In this document: in pieces, positions 15,848 through 16,626 of the stretch | How positions within the stretch are numbered: the stretch's first letter is position 1 | Layout: every line of letters starts with the position of its first letter | Assembly (NCBI GenBank): GCA_038215615.1 | Contig: JBBQQR010000033.1 | Location: forward strand, 1-16,626 | Source of the DNA: Vulcanimicrobiales bacterium | Lineage (GTDB): Bacteria; Vulcanimicrobiota; Vulcanimicrobiia; Vulcanimicrobiales; Vulcanimicrobiaceae | DNA length: 16,626 bases | Reading direction: 5' to 3' | Position numbers and translations under genes: made by a program | Notes under the pieces: generated by a model | Seen by the model: only the letters and a program-made list of their open reading frames with translations | What the model was told of the DNA's origin: nothing | The model's database searches: none

Positions 15848-16626
15848 TAGGAGCCTCGCGATTTTCCGGCGCGCTCGGAATATTCTTCGCGAACTTCTCC
15901 AAAATCAGCCGCACGACAAGCGGCAGCTCCTCGACCTCTAGAATGCGTGCGACCGCCAGAAACACAAGCGCCCCGATCGCGATCTGGCCGAAGAGGAACC
16001 ACGCGCGCGAGGCCAACGTCGGCGCCGGCTGCACGCCCAATGCTTGGATCCAATGGAGTGCTCCGACCATAACGGCAGATGCTACGCAGATCTTCGCAAT
16101 GGAAATGACTAGGGTCATCCAATTCACTCCGCGCACGATGCGAACGACGATCGTCAGCAACAACGCGGCCTGAAAGATTTGGCTGAGCGAGTTTGCAAGC
16201 AGCAGTCCGCGCGCGCCGAGGGTCGGCAGCCAAGCCAGCGACAACGCAACGTTGATGGCGACGGCGATCACGGAGACCACCACTGCCCAGTTCGTCTCGT
16301 TACACGCAAAGCACACGCGCGTCAGCACGACATTTGCTGCTAGCGCGACGAGGCCGATCGCAGCGTAGGGCAAAAGGCCGGCGCAGAGATCGGTGGCGGT
16401 TGGACCGAAATTGCCGCGCTCGAAAAGCGTCTGCACGATCGGGCGCGCCAACACGATGAGCGCGCACACCGCCGGAATAATGATGAAATTGACAAGGCGC
16501 AGGCCGATCGAAACGCTTTGTCCGACGCCGGCGCGATTGGACTTGGCGAATTCCGCGGCCAGCAGCGGAAAGATCACCGTCGCGATGGCGGCGGCAAAAA
16601 TCTGTTGCGGAAAGTTGACCAGCTTC
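15840..16626 (-). CDS. murJ: Lipid II flippase MurJ (MviN), C-terminal part; truncated by the window edge
   Basis: Frame open to the edge (KLVNFPQQIFAAAIATVIFP), with PIVQTLFERGNF, VLTRVCFA, INVALSL and LGARGLLLANSL, which are characteristic MurJ landmarks. Confidence 0.92.
   Translation of the reverse strand, partial: KLVNFPQQIFAAAIATVIFPLLAAEFAKSNRAGVGQSVSIGLRLVNFIIIPAVCALIVLARPIVQTLFERGNFGPTATDLCAGLLPYAAIGLVALAANVVLTRVCFACNETNWAVVVSVIAVAINVALSLAWLPTLGARGLLLANSLSQIFQAALLLTIVVRIVRGVNWMTLVISIAKICVASAVMVGALHWIQALGVQPAPTLASRAWFLFGQIAIGALVFLAVARILEVEELPLVVRLILEKFAKNIPSAPENREAPIA

Overview
Bacterial DNA of roughly 60% GC (by eye) carrying a cell-envelope glycosylation locus directly downstream of murJ. 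The minus strand reads right to left in two tightly coupled blocks separated by a ~250-bp intergenic region. Block 1 is murJ (3' part) and a Wzx-like flippase. Block 2 is a GT2 (polyprenyl-phosphate sugar synthase-like)/GT4 fusion, a SAM methyltransferase, a 1404-aa AftD/DUF3367-like GT-C membrane protein, a ~604-aa divergent GT-C-like membrane protein, a GT2, and a ~803-aa AftD/YfhO-like membrane protein. A two-gene plus-strand unit (GT2 plus NDP-sugar SDR) sits in the opposite orientation between block 2 and another minus-strand gene that starts at 59 and runs off the left edge. Four points stand out. (i) The gene set resembles the mycobacterial aftD-region toolkit but is attached to murJ/wzx. 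(ii) The inverted GT2-SDR unit is bounded by TTAAAG direct repeats, and removing it restores an in-frame stop for the neighbouring gene. (iii) A perfect 11-bp inverted repeat covers the Shine-Dalgarno (SD) of the left-edge gene. (iv) CGATCG is strongly enriched except in a 3.9-kb stretch. I saw no RNA genes, CRISPR arrays, transposases or integrases. All family calls come from visual motif recognition, not database searches.
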